From Rebecca billardiae RCC1528 (Eukaryota; Protista; Haptophyta), in the NCBI GenBank assembly GCA_965240325.2, contig OZ251241.1:992001-1056000 (forward strand): a stretch of 64,000 nt of DNA, in the 5' to 3' direction. The position numbers and the translations under genes were made by a program. The notes under the pieces are model-generated. The model worked only from the letters and a program-made list of their open reading frames with translations. It was not told the DNA's origin and did no database searches. Shown here in pieces: positions 33,201 to 42,760 of the stretch. Every line of letters begins with the position of its first letter. Positions within the stretch are counted from its first letter, which is position 1.

Positions 33201-34899
33201 AAAACGCCGCCTCTCCTCCGAAAAGCGCTGCGGGCGCGCCGAGGGCGGGGAGGTGGTACAACCAACTGTCCGAGGGCAGGGCGAGCTCGTGCGTGAGCGC
33301 GAGGGTGGCGGCGTGGTGCAGGGTGACGCCCGCACTGCCGAGCGCCGCGATCGCCGTGCCGCACGGGGACCAGCGCAGCGCCGTCGCCGAGCGCAGGGCC
33401 GTCGGCGTCGTCGCGCTCGCGAGGCGCCGGAGGGCAGAGACATGGGCCGATGGCAGCGGTGCGCCCGCCACGCCGTCGGCACCGTCGGCGGTCGGTTCGG
33501 CCGCGTCGTCAGCGCAGTACAGCTCGAGGCCGCTGTCGCGGAATGCGGCGACAAACGTGAGCTCGTCCGACGGGTGGAAGGCGATGGCGAGCGCGGAGCG
33601 CGCGTGCCCTCCCTTGCGCCTGATCTCGTGCCGCCGCCGCTGGCTGCTCGCGCCGTGCGCGCTCGGCGCCCCCGCCGCTGCCGGTGCGTGCTTGGCTCCG
33701 CGCTCGCCGAGGGTAAGCACCATCAGGCTCGCAGACGACGCCGCGCCGAGGGCGAGGTACGTGCCACGCGCCGAGAGCGCGATGCACGCCACTTTGGAGC
33801 ATTTGGTCTCGCGCAGCACGCGATCGTTCGAGCTGCGCGTGTCGTACACGCTCACGCGTTGCGCGCCGGTCACGACGAGCGAGCCGTCGGCGCCAAAGCA
33901 CGCGCGCGGCCGCTCGTGGCCGGCGGCGTCGCACAGCTCGGCCATGACCTCGCGCGTCTCGCTCGAGATGAGCGAGACGGTGCCGGCGGAGGTGGCGACG
34001 AGCGTGCGCTTGTCCGCCGCCCAGGCGCAGTGGAAGACGTCCTTCGACTGGCGCAGCTCGTCGGTGACCGTCCACGCGCTCGTGTCGACGATGCTCAGGA
34101 GGAAGTCGCCCGACGAGCCGAGCGCGAGCTGCGCGTCGTCGAGGGAGAAGTCGAGGCAGTTCACGTAGCCGCCTCTGCCGATCACGGCCACGGGCTCGGC
34201 GCTGCGCGCGGGCAGATCCCACACGCAGCACTTGCGCAGGTCGCCGCCAAAGGCGAGCCAGCGCATCGAGTGCGAGAAGGCCACCACCACCGGAAATGCA
34301 AACACAAACTCGCGCACGTCGTACGAGGCGACGCGCTCACCGGAGCGCGCGGCGCAGACGGTGATGCGTCGGTCTCGCGTACCCAAGGCGAGCAGCTCGC
34401 CCGTGCTCGACACGTCCAGGCACGTGATCGCGTGGCCGCGTGCGGGCGTGATTGTGAGCAGATGCATCGGCGGGACCGCGGCGTCGTGCGTGTCGTACAC
34501 GTGGAGGGTGTCGCTCGTTCGGCGCGCGTCCACGATGGCCGTAACGCTCGCGTCGGCGGTGGTCTTGGGCAGCACCGGCTGCTGCGCATCGGCGAGCTCG
34601 ACGACGTGCACTTCGTGCGAGGCCAGGTCAACACGAGCCCACTTGCCCGTCCCGCCCACGACGAGCGTGGACGAATCGCGCGAGAGGTCGAGCGTCTCGA
34701 TCGCGCCAATTTTCGAGGCCAGCTCGATCTCGCAGAGTAGGTGGCTATCGTCGCGCACGATGCGGTCCGGCCGTCTCGCCGTCGCTCCCGCTACGCAGTG
34801 CGCGCCCGCGCGGTCGGAGACGGGGTGCACGCGCGCATGCTCTGGTCCCATCGCGCCAATCAGCGAGTTCGGTTGCCGAGCAAACGGCGTCGAAGGCAT
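30297..34899 (-). CDS. WD40-repeat + TRP-like 6TM ion channel with C-terminal coiled coil (3 exons: 34899-30801, 30681-~30542, ~30455-30297)
   Basis: Many WD40-like units (ITCLDVSSTGELLALGTRDRRI, VNCLDFSLDDAQLALG, VMGLRFSPDDATLAIGAHDKTVSV). Channel motifs SAWNVLD, LRGFRVTGWRVMVLIQNFKDMTGFLLIL, pore FETLKAAL...MGMFADFD, S6 LNALIALLGDSYAQV. Confidence 0.85.
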
Positions 34900-35082
34900 G
34901 TGAAAGACCAGGACGCGTCCAAACGTTTTCCGACGCGCGCACCTTCCAAGGAATGTTGTTTGGTCCGGGCGCGCGCGCGGGCGCTTCAGTGCTCACCAGC
35001 AGGACAGGAAGCCACTCATTCGGCACCGGACGCACGCTGCGCACGCCTCGCACACCAGTTTGAGCGGCTCACTCGCGCAGCG

Positions 35083-36351
35083 ATGCCCGACGCGTTCGAC
35101 GTGGGCGAGCCCGTGTTGTGCAGCCACGGCGTCGCGCTATACGACGCGAAGGTCGTCGGGGTGGGCCAGCAGGCCGCCGGTCCGCCGTCCGGCGAAACGC
35201 TGTACGTTGTGCACTACCTCGGCTGGAAGAAGACGTGGGATGAGACGGTGCCGGCGTCGCGACTCAAGAAGCGCACCGAAGCGAACCTCAAGCTGAAGGA
35301 GGAGCTGTCCGGCCAGATGGCCGCGGCGATGCGCAAGGATAGCAAGAAGAGCGCGCGCACCTCCGAGAGCGACGCCTCCGCGCGCGCGAGCGCCGCGCGG
35401 CGGAAGCTCGGCTCGGACGCTCCGACCTCGGAGGGCAAGCGGCCGCGCGTGACCGCGTCGGCCGACGCGAGTGGGGCGGAGGAGGGCGCCGAGGCTCCGG
35501 CGAGCGAGCCGGCCGGCGCCGCGCCGCAGAGCGCCGCGGGCCAGCCCGCCAGCGAGCCCGTCAAGATCCAGCTCGTCATCTCGCAGCAGCTCAAGATCAA
35601 GCTCGTGAGCGACTGGGAGTCGGTCACTCGCGAGCGCAAGCTGGTGCCGCTGCCTCGCTCGCCGTCCGTGGCGCGCATCCTCGACGACTTCTGCGCGTCG
35701 AAGGCGAGGCGCTCGTCGCACGAGCGGCTGTACACGGAGGTTCGGGCGGGCGTGTCGTCGTACTTCAGACAGGTGCGCGACGCGCGCTCCGATCCGCACG
35801 CGGCACCGCTGTGCAGCTCCGCGCGCGCCCGTCGCTCACGCGCGCGTGTGCGCGCGATCGCGCGCGCGCGCCTCCGCGCGCGCCAGGCGCTTGGGCAGGT
35901 GCTGCTGTACGGCTTCGAGCGCAAGCAATTCGACGACCTCGCGTCCTCCTCCGAGCTCGCCGCCCGGCCGGTGGACGAGGTGTACGGCGCGGAGCACCTG
36001 CTGCGGCTGCTCGTCAAGCTGCCCAACTTCCTCGAGGCGACGCGGATGGGCGAGGACCAGAGGCTGGTGCTACAGGCCAAGCTGCAGGAGCTGCTCAAGT
36101 TCATCCAGAAGAACCACGCGTCGCTGTTCGTCGAGAGCTACGTGCCCGCGCCGAAGGAGTACCAGGAGTGGTGGGAGGCGAAGGAGCGCGACGCCGCCGC
36201 AGCCGCGCCGCCGAGGCGGACGAGCGGGAGTCGGCCACCGAAGAAGCCTGCCGGGCCGCCAGCCGAGGCGGCGCCGCTCGAAGCGCAGGCTGCGGTTGCC
36301 GCGGAGGCGCCGGCAGAGGCGAACTCGTCAGCACCCGACGACGCCTCATAG
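35083..36351 (+). CDS. EAF3: MRG15/EAF3-family chromo-barrel + MRG domain protein; in-frame 114-nt intron 35773-35886
   Basis: FDVGEPVLCSHGVALYDAKV, YVVHYLGWKKTWDETV (Tudor-knot); LVSDWESVT, LPRSPSV, LLYGFERKQ, VYGAEHLLRLLVKLP (MRG domain). Confidence 0.93.
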   Translation: MPDAFDVGEPVLCSHGVALYDAKVVGVGQQAAGPPSGETLYVVHYLGWKKTWDETVPASRLKKRTEANLKLKEELSGQMAAAMRKDSKKSARTSESDASARASAARRKLGSDAPTSEGKRPRVTASADASGAEEGAEAPASEPAGAAPQSAAGQPASEPVKIQLVISQQLKIKLVSDWESVTRERKLVPLPRSPSVARILDDFCASKARRSSHERLYTEVRAGVSSYFRQVRDARSDPHAAPLCSSARARRSRARVRAIARARLRARQALGQVLLYGFERKQFDDLASSSELAARPVDEVYGAEHLLRLLVKLPNFLEATRMGEDQRLVLQAKLQELLKFIQKNHASLFVESYVPAPKEYQEWWEAKERDAAAAAPPRRTSGSRPPKKPAGPPAEAAPLEAQAAVAAEAPAEANSSAPDDAS

Positions 36352-36615
36352 CGCATGTAGATGCACATCCTCACTAGGAATAGCGCTGATGGCATATGGC
36401 ATATATATAGCGCAACACTGAGCGCACTTTATAAGAAATCAAAGTAGCTCTACCGCTGCCACTTGGCAGGCTCTACAGGCAGTCAGCGACTCAGCGGGCA
36501 CCGGGGCCCCGCGGGCGGCCGCGGCCGCGGCCGCCACGCGGCCACGGGAGTGACGGGCACGGCGCCTGCCGCGGCCCGTGCGCCGTACTGCGCATGGTCG
36601 TCGTTCCAGTCAGAG

Positions 36616-39600
36616 TCACCACATCGCCCGCGAGCTCGGACGAGCGCCGGAGCTGCTACCACTCCGGTTCGCCGGCGCCGTGCTCGCAAGGTCCCCAGGT
36701 CGGCATGGCTGCTGCTGCCTGCTGCAAGACTCGCCGCGCGCGAGCGCGGCGTGACTCGACACGGCTGTCGCGGCGGCAGTCGCGCGCTGCGCCGCTGCGG
36801 AACAGCCGCCGCGGCTGCCTGCGCCGTCGCACGCGACGCCGAGCTCGGCGGCGCCGCCCCCCTCCTCCGCAGCGACTGCGCTGTCGGCCCATGCGTCGTG
36901 GAAGCGCTGCGAGCCGCCGCCGTCGTGCTCGTCCTCGTCGGAACTGCGCTCAGCCGTGTCCGGCGGCGTGGCGGGCTCGGTGCAAATCGGGCTGCTCCCG
37001 TGGCGGGCTGCGGCGGGCCGCGGCGCGCGCGCTGCTGAGAGCTGCTCGAGCTGCGCCTCGAGCTCGCCGATCCGGCGGAGCAGCAGCGCGCGCTCGGACT
37101 CGATCCGATCGCGCAGCAGCCCGCGCACGTGCCGCGCCCACAGGAAGGACCACCGCTCGAAGCGCGCCGCCTGCCGCCGCAGTTGCTCGTCGCGCGCGCT
37201 ACCGCTCAGCTCGGCGGCGGCGCGCGGTCCGAGCCAGTCGTCGAAACCGCCGAGCGAGACCGAAGCCGAGCTGGGCGGCGGCGGCGGCGGCGGCGCGAGC
37301 TCGAGCGCGCCGTACCCCAGCACCAGCATGTCCACGAACGTGAGCAGCCGCTCCGCGTACGCGGTTGGCTCGAGCGCGGTCACGCCGTGGTAGCGCCGGG
37401 GCTCACAGCTAAGCCACGCGAGGGCGCGCAGCGCGAGCCCTTGCAGCCGCCACCCTCTGCCCCAGTGGGAGAGGCAGTCGATCATGCCGAAGAAGTACAC
37501 GCGCTGGCCGAAGCGGCCGGGGCGGCCGCCCATGCGCACGAGCCTCGCCAGCTCGCGCGCCTTCGCCTCGCCGCGCAGGCCCGGCGGGAGGCTCACGATG
37601 GCGACGAGCAGCGAGTAATCAAGCATCCGGCAGCCATTGCCCAGCAGCTGGACGTCGGCTGCGACGGTCGCGCGCAGCTCGTCGCGCTCGGCGGGGCCGA
37701 GGTCGACGGCCTGCGCGGTGTCGATCCACTCCCAGTCGCGGAGCGTGCCGTACCGCCGCGCCGCGTACGAGACGGATGGGCGCGCCGCGGACGCGCCCGA
37801 CGACGGCTGCCGCCCGCTCGGCGTGCGCCGCCGGCCGAAGCTGTACTCTGCCAGGAGAGCCTTGATGGAAGCTGTTGAGATGCCAAGCAGAAGGGATGAG
37901 GAACCGCCGCCGGGCGAGCACGCCGCCGTGCCCGGAGAGGGCGGCGGCGCGGCGGCGGCGCCGTCGACGGAGCGCTGCGCGCTCGCGTCGGACAGCGGCC
38001 CCTCCGTGCTCGCCACCGAGATCTCGATGCGCTCCGAAGCTTCTGCGGAAGCTTCTGCGGAAGCTTCTGCGTGCGAGTGCGTGCGCGCGCACGTGTGCGC
38101 GCGCGGGTGGCGCGAGGCCTGCCGCGCGCCGCCGAGCCCGCGGCCGTGCAGCACGCTGTCCGTGAGCACGCGCCGGTTCACCGTCGCCCCTTTCAAGTCG
38201 AACACGTCCGACGCCTCGCTGGGCACGTGGTTCCGCATCACCACGAAGTAGATGCGCCGCGAGAACCGCCACGGAAGCCGGACCGAGTGAACGCCGTAAT
38301 AATGCACGAGCGTGCGCGCGCGGAACCGCCGCGCGTGCGGCGCGTAGCGCGAGAGCAGGTAGGCCAGCAGCGCGTCCTTCTCCGCGCGCGAGACCTGCTT
38401 GATCAGGTACCCCAGCCCGTGGGGCGCGCCCGCGCCGCAGCCCGACGAGCGCCGAGCGCTCGCGTCGGCGCCGCCGCGCGCGCTCGCGCCCGCGCCGCCG
38501 TCGGCGTCGACCGAGTCCGCGCCCGCGCCGCACGGCGGCAGCCGATAGAAAAAGGAGCCGCTCGCGCCCTCGGAGACCGACTCCATCAGCCGCTCGCGCC
38601 AGCGCGAGGCGAGCGCGGGCGGCGCGCCCGCCGGCCCCGCGCCGCCGCCGCCGCCCTCCTCCTCGTCGCCGCGCGCCGCCGCGCCGCCGCGCTCGCGCGC
38701 CGCAGCCTCCGCGAATGCAGTTGCCGGCGGGAACGTACGCGCGTACTCGGAGGGGTCAATGCCGAGGTCGGCGCGGATCTGCTCGAAGAGGCCGCGCGCG
38801 TAGTGGCGCGTGCCGTCCGGGCTCGTCTCGGTGAACATCGACGCGCGCAGCCGCGTCGACCAGCGCCGGAGCGAGACGGGCGGCAGCCGCGCCCCGGACT
38901 TTTCCGTCCGCCCGGACTTTCCCGAGGCAGAGGCTGTGAGCGCGGACGGCGCGCGGTCGCCGCGGCGGAACTCGCCGTGCGCGTCGAGCGCGTCTGCCGA
39001 GGCGCGCGGCAGGCTCGGCGCCGCCGCCGGCGCGGAGGGCGCGCAGCCCAGCCCCTCCGCCGTGTCGAGCTCGAGCCGCGCGCCGTCGGCGCGCGGGTCG
39101 CGGATTGCCAGCTGCGCCGCTTCGCCGATACTCACCAGCACCTGATACGCGAGCTCATACCGCAGCTGCTGGACGAAGGCGCGCGAGGGCACGGTGGTCG
39201 GCGCGTGCGCGGGCGCGCCGAACGGGGCGCCGTCCGCGTCCGCGCCGCCCTCGGCCGCGCCGCAGCAGAAGTTGATCAGCACCCAGCCCACGAATGCGAG
39301 CGCCGAGCGCAGCGACGTGAAGCAGACGAGCGCGAGCCGCGCGCGCGTGCACGCGGCCGCGGTCGCGCCGTCCGCGTCGGCGCCGGGCTCGTCGAGGCCG
39401 AGCGCGGCGCGAGCGGCGGCGCCGTCGGCCGCGCGCATCCCCACGTAGATCGCCGAGCACTCCTCGCTCGCCACGTCCTTCCGGATCGCGACCCACAGCG
39501 CAACGAGCGCGCCTTGCAGAGACGCATAGAGCAGCAGGTAGAGGCCTGCGTGCGTGACCGCGCGCTGGCGCGAGAGCTGCGAGATGTGCGCGAACGGGCG

Positions 39601-40200
39601 GCTGGCGTGCTTCTCGAGCAGCAGCAGCAGCAGCAAGAAGTACAGCGCGCAGCCCACGCTGATGAACGCCAAAGCGGGCAGGTACACGAGCTCGTTCGCA
39701 AAAGTGCTCCACGTGCTGGACGCACTCGTCGCCGAGTCGCCCCACCGGTACGCGCCGGCGAAGGCGGCGGCGGTGAGCAGGTTGTACATGCCCAGGTGCG
39801 AGGTGGAGGAGAACGGGTCGTGGTAGCACACGACCAGGTCGACGTACATCCAGATCCGCCAGAGCACCGTGCACGCGTCGCACGCGATGACGAGCTTCCA
39901 CAGCGTCGAGTACTTGCTGCGCAGCGGCAGCGGCTCGGGGAAGCCCTGCGCGATGCTGACGTACGCGCACGAGGCGACGAGCTCGAAGAAGACGGAGCGC
40001 GAGAGCTGCCAGCCGGGCGCAGCGCGCACGCGCGGGAACAGGGCGTACAGCACGTAGAAGGCGATGCAGGCCGCGACCGAGCACAGCGCGCATGCCATGA
40101 TGGCCATGCTGCCGGCATGCTCGACCTCCATCTCCGACTCCATGCTCGGCGTGCGCGTGACGTTGATGAGGTCTCGCCCACCGTCCGTCACCGCGTCCAT
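36616..40200 (-). CDS. GPCR-PIPK: 7TM-like N-terminal domain fused to a phosphatidylinositol phosphate kinase domain
   Basis: About 7 hydrophobic segments, then PIPK motifs SEGASGSFFY, YLIKQVS, HYYGVHSV, FVVMRN, FDLKGATVNR, MLDYSLLV, YFFGMIDCL, VTALEPTAYAERL. Confidence 0.85.
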   Translation of the reverse strand: MDAVTDGGRDLINVTRTPSMESEMEVEHAGSMAIMACALCSVAACIAFYVLYALFPRVRAAPGWQLSRSVFFELVASCAYVSIAQGFPEPLPLRSKYSTLWKLVIACDACTVLWRIWMYVDLVVCYHDPFSSTSHLGMYNLLTAAAFAGAYRWGDSATSASSTWSTFANELVYLPALAFISVGCALYFLLLLLLLEKHASRPFAHISQLSRQRAVTHAGLYLLLYASLQGALVALWVAIRKDVASEECSAIYVGMRAADGAAARAALGLDEPGADADGATAAACTRARLALVCFTSLRSALAFVGWVLINFCCGAAEGGADADGAPFGAPAHAPTTVPSRAFVQQLRYELAYQVLVSIGEAAQLAIRDPRADGARLELDTAEGLGCAPSAPAAAPSLPRASADALDAHGEFRRGDRAPSALTASASGKSGRTEKSGARLPPVSLRRWSTRLRASMFTETSPDGTRHYARGLFEQIRADLGIDPSEYARTFPPATAFAEAAARERGGAAARGDEEEGGGGGAGPAGAPPALASRWRERLMESVSEGASGSFFYRLPPCGAGADSVDADGGAGASARGGADASARRSSGCGAGAPHGLGYLIKQVSRAEKDALLAYLLSRYAPHARRFRARTLVHYYGVHSVRLPWRFSRRIYFVVMRNHVPSEASDVFDLKGATVNRRVLTDSVLHGRGLGGARQASRHPRAHTCARTHSHAEASAEASAEASERIEISVASTEGPLSDASAQRSVDGAAAAPPPSPGTAACSPGGGSSSLLLGISTASIKALLAEYSFGRRRTPSGRQPSSGASAARPSVSYAARRYGTLRDWEWIDTAQAVDLGPAERDELRATVAADVQLLGNGCRMLDYSLLVAIVSLPPGLRGEAKARELARLVRMGGRPGRFGQRVYFFGMIDCLSHWGRGWRLQGLALRALAWLSCEPRRYHGVTALEPTAYAERLLTFVDMLVLGYGALELAPPPPPPPSSASVSLGGFDDWLGPRAAAELSGSARDEQLRRQAARFERWSFLWARHVRGLLRDRIESERALLLRRIGELEAQLEQLSAARAPRPAAARHGSSPICTEPATPPDTAERSSDEDEHDGGGSQRFHDAWADSAVAAEEGGGAAELGVACDGAGSRGGCSAAAQRATAAATAVSSHAALARGESCSRQQQPCRPGDLASTAPANRSGSSSGARPSSRAMW

Positions 40201-40326
40201 CCCCACCCAGCGGCGCCGCGGCGCGCGCGCGACTCCGGCGCGGACGAGGACGCGATCCACGACCGCGCACGGTCGCAGTCGCTGCGCGTCGTCAGGAAAT
40301 GATCGTCGTCAGACGGAAGCCAAATA

Positions 40327-40337
40327 TAGCCAATCAG
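40327..40337 (+). promoter_or_regulatory. CCAAT box (AGCCAATCAG) in the bidirectional promoter between the GPCR-PIPK and the clathrin-box gene
   Basis: Matches the extended NF-Y consensus, roughly midway between two divergent ATGs (40200 and 40444). Confidence 0.4.
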
Positions 40338-40443
40338 AAATCATCATCAGCAGAAAATCCGATCACGGCCACCTGGCGCAGCCGAACTGCATACGTGCTC
40401 CACCGCTGCGCGGTACCTGTTCTCGTAGCCCGGCATCTCAAGA

Positions 40444-41269
40444 ATGGCGGAGCAAGATCCAGGGAGCCGGCACGCGCTCCAGTACAAGGGGCAGGTGAAG
40501 TCGTTCTCGTCCAAAGACATCCTCGCGCAGCTCGCCGCCGCTCAAACCCAGAGCGCCACCCACTCGGAGGCGCGCACAGCCGCACCACCGTCGCAGAGCG
40601 CTGCGCCTCCGGTGCCGGTCTCGGTGGCGACGCCGCCGAAAGGAGACGCCAAAGCGACGAACTTCCACGCGCTGCAGTACACAGGGCAGGTGAAGAAGTT
40701 CACATCGTCATCGGTATGCGCATGCGAACGCTCGCGCCGCGCCGTGTGCGCGCGGACGCGCGTGCGCGCGCGTGAGCAGGCGCCGACCAGACGCCTTGCG
40801 CACACGACCCGCCTGGCTGCACACGCTGCGCGCGCAGGTGCTGCAGCAGTTCACGCACGCGACGGCGGGGGGCATCAACTTGCCAGCGGACGAGCCCAGC
40901 CCCAGCGACCGCGAGAGGCACGCCGCGGCCTCGTCCTCGGAACCGCCAGTCCCGCAGGTGGACTCTCTCATCGACCTGGACACCCCTGGCGTCGAGCCGC
41001 CACCGCCGCCGCCGACCGCGACGACAGACCCGTGGGGAGAATTCCTGGCGTCGACGAGCGGGCAGGCTGCGTCGGCGAACGGTGGCGGGAGCGCCCCGCC
41101 CACGGCTGCGCCACCGCCGCCGCAGCCAGTGCTGGATAACTTTGACTTGCTCGGCGGTCCCGGTCCGCCGCCGGTCGCGCCCCCGCCGCCACCGCCGGGC
41201 GCTGCGCTTGGTGCTCCGCCGCCGCCGTCGCAGGCGCCACCCCCACCGCCGGCGCAGGGCCCTCGCTAG
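40444..41269 (+). CDS. Small Pro-rich protein with a duplicated HALQYxGQVKxF motif and endocytic-type motifs; exons 40444-40713, 40838-41269
   Basis: HALQYKGQVKSFSSKDILAQL and HALQYTGQVKKFTSSSVLQQF (the latter spans the intron); LIDLD (clathrin box-like), DPWGEF, DNFDLL, polyproline. Confidence 0.7.
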
Positions 41270-41461
41270 CGAGCACGCTGCTCCGCGAGCTGAGAACCCG
41301 GCGCTGCACCTGTGACTCTTCGTCGCAGTACCGGGACACGTAGCGCTCAGTCTTATGTTGGCGGTCGGAAGCTGGACGCTGGTAGTAGCTGCAAAAACGG
41401 AAAACTCAGCAGAAAGAAAAACGGGGCGGCGACGCGCCGGCCGTCCGTCTCTAGATTGACG

Positions 41462-42292
41462 ATGGCGATGTCTCCCTCGGCTGTCATCATCGTCAGCGCA
41501 GCCCTCGCCCTGTGCCTGCCCGGGGCCTGGGCGTGGAGCCGCGGTGAGCGGCCACCGCTGCGCCATCCACACAGAAGCGCGAGTCCCCGCGCGCAGCCGC
41601 TCGCCCTCGCCCACCCGGAGTGCGATGGGGAAGATCTGGATGATGAGCTCTGCCTCGCGTTTGGCTCCGAGCTGGCAAAGCGGATCACCTCGGGCTTCCA
41701 CGCCGAGGTGCTCCGCCGCCAGTCGGAGGAGGATGGCGCCGGTGTGGACCTGCGATACCTTCACGAGGGCCCGTCGCCGCTCCTCCCGCCCACCACCGTC
41801 GTCCAGCGCGTGCTGATGGCGCTGATGCAAAACGACTACCCACAGCCTGGCAACGGCGAGCAGCAGGCGTTCCGCTTCACGACGCCGGAGCCCAGGTGCG
41901 AGCGCGGCGCGGCGTGGGTCGCGCGGCCTGGTACGCGCGGCGAGATCATCCACGAGGTGGAGGACCTCTCGCAGCGCGTGGCGTGGACGGCGGGTGCTGA
42001 CGCGGGTACCTCGCTCGAGGCCTTCCGTGAGATGTTGCGCTCGCGCTTCACCCCGCTGTACTCGATGACCGACTTTGAGTTCGCGGGCGCGCCGCGTTTC
42101 TCGAGCAACGACCGCGAGTGCGCGTGCACGATCATCGCGCAGCTTGAGGGGGGGCGATCCGCTGAGCTCGTCTTCCAGCTGCAGCGGCACGGCGGCGAGG
42201 ACACGCGCGGTGGTCCGCAGCCACATCCACACAAGGACTGTTGGCTGATCGCAGGCCTATCCTTCTTCCCGTCGACATCCGACAAGTGGTAA
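41462..42292 (+). CDS. Signal-peptide protein with an NTF2/DUF4864-like domain, possibly plastid-targeted
   Basis: Hydrophobic N-terminus; PTTVVQRVLMALMQNDYPQPGNGEQQAFRF, FREMLRSRFTPL, FQLQR...DCWLIAGL pattern. Confidence 0.6.
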   Translation: MAMSPSAVIIVSAALALCLPGAWAWSRGERPPLRHPHRSASPRAQPLALAHPECDGEDLDDELCLAFGSELAKRITSGFHAEVLRRQSEEDGAGVDLRYLHEGPSPLLPPTTVVQRVLMALMQNDYPQPGNGEQQAFRFTTPEPRCERGAAWVARPGTRGEIIHEVEDLSQRVAWTAGADAGTSLEAFREMLRSRFTPLYSMTDFEFAGAPRFSSNDRECACTIIAQLEGGRSAELVFQLQRHGGEDTRGGPQPHPHKDCWLIAGLSFFPSTSDKW

Positions 42293-42760
42293 TCGGGACA
42301 TTGGCGACGTCCGCAGGTTGGCGGCGCGCCCGAGTGGGCGAGTGTCACCGCGTGCATGCTGCGCGCCGCAGCCGCGATGACGCCGACGGATGTCAGTAGC
42401 AGACAGTACTTGCTACGCTAGAGACGACGCCGGCGCGATCGATCGTCGTGGGCTCGTGCTCTCCGATATGATCGCTAATAACAGTCATCACACTCATCAC
42501 TATACTCATCATCAGTACTTGATTATGTAGTCTGATGACAATAATGTAAACTCGCCTCTCGCGAAAGACTTATTCCGGACGAAACAGAAGCAGATGCTGA
42601 TGCTGCCGCGGCCGAGACCGTCGCGTCCGTCGCCGATCGCGGACTCAGTTATAATTATAATACAGATCGATCGGTCGTCGTCATCGTCGCAAACATCACG
42701 ACAGTGCGCGTCTGATGCTGCTGCTGCTGGCGCACACAGGTCCCGCGCTGTCGGGCCGGG

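Noticed and set aside
30739-34740. Long antisense ORFs (e.g. 30739-32604, 31778-34168, 32617-34740; likewise 23485-25695 and 38071-40302)
   Set aside because: They are shadows of very GC-rich coding sequence on the opposite strand: Arg/Ala/Ser-rich with no motifs.
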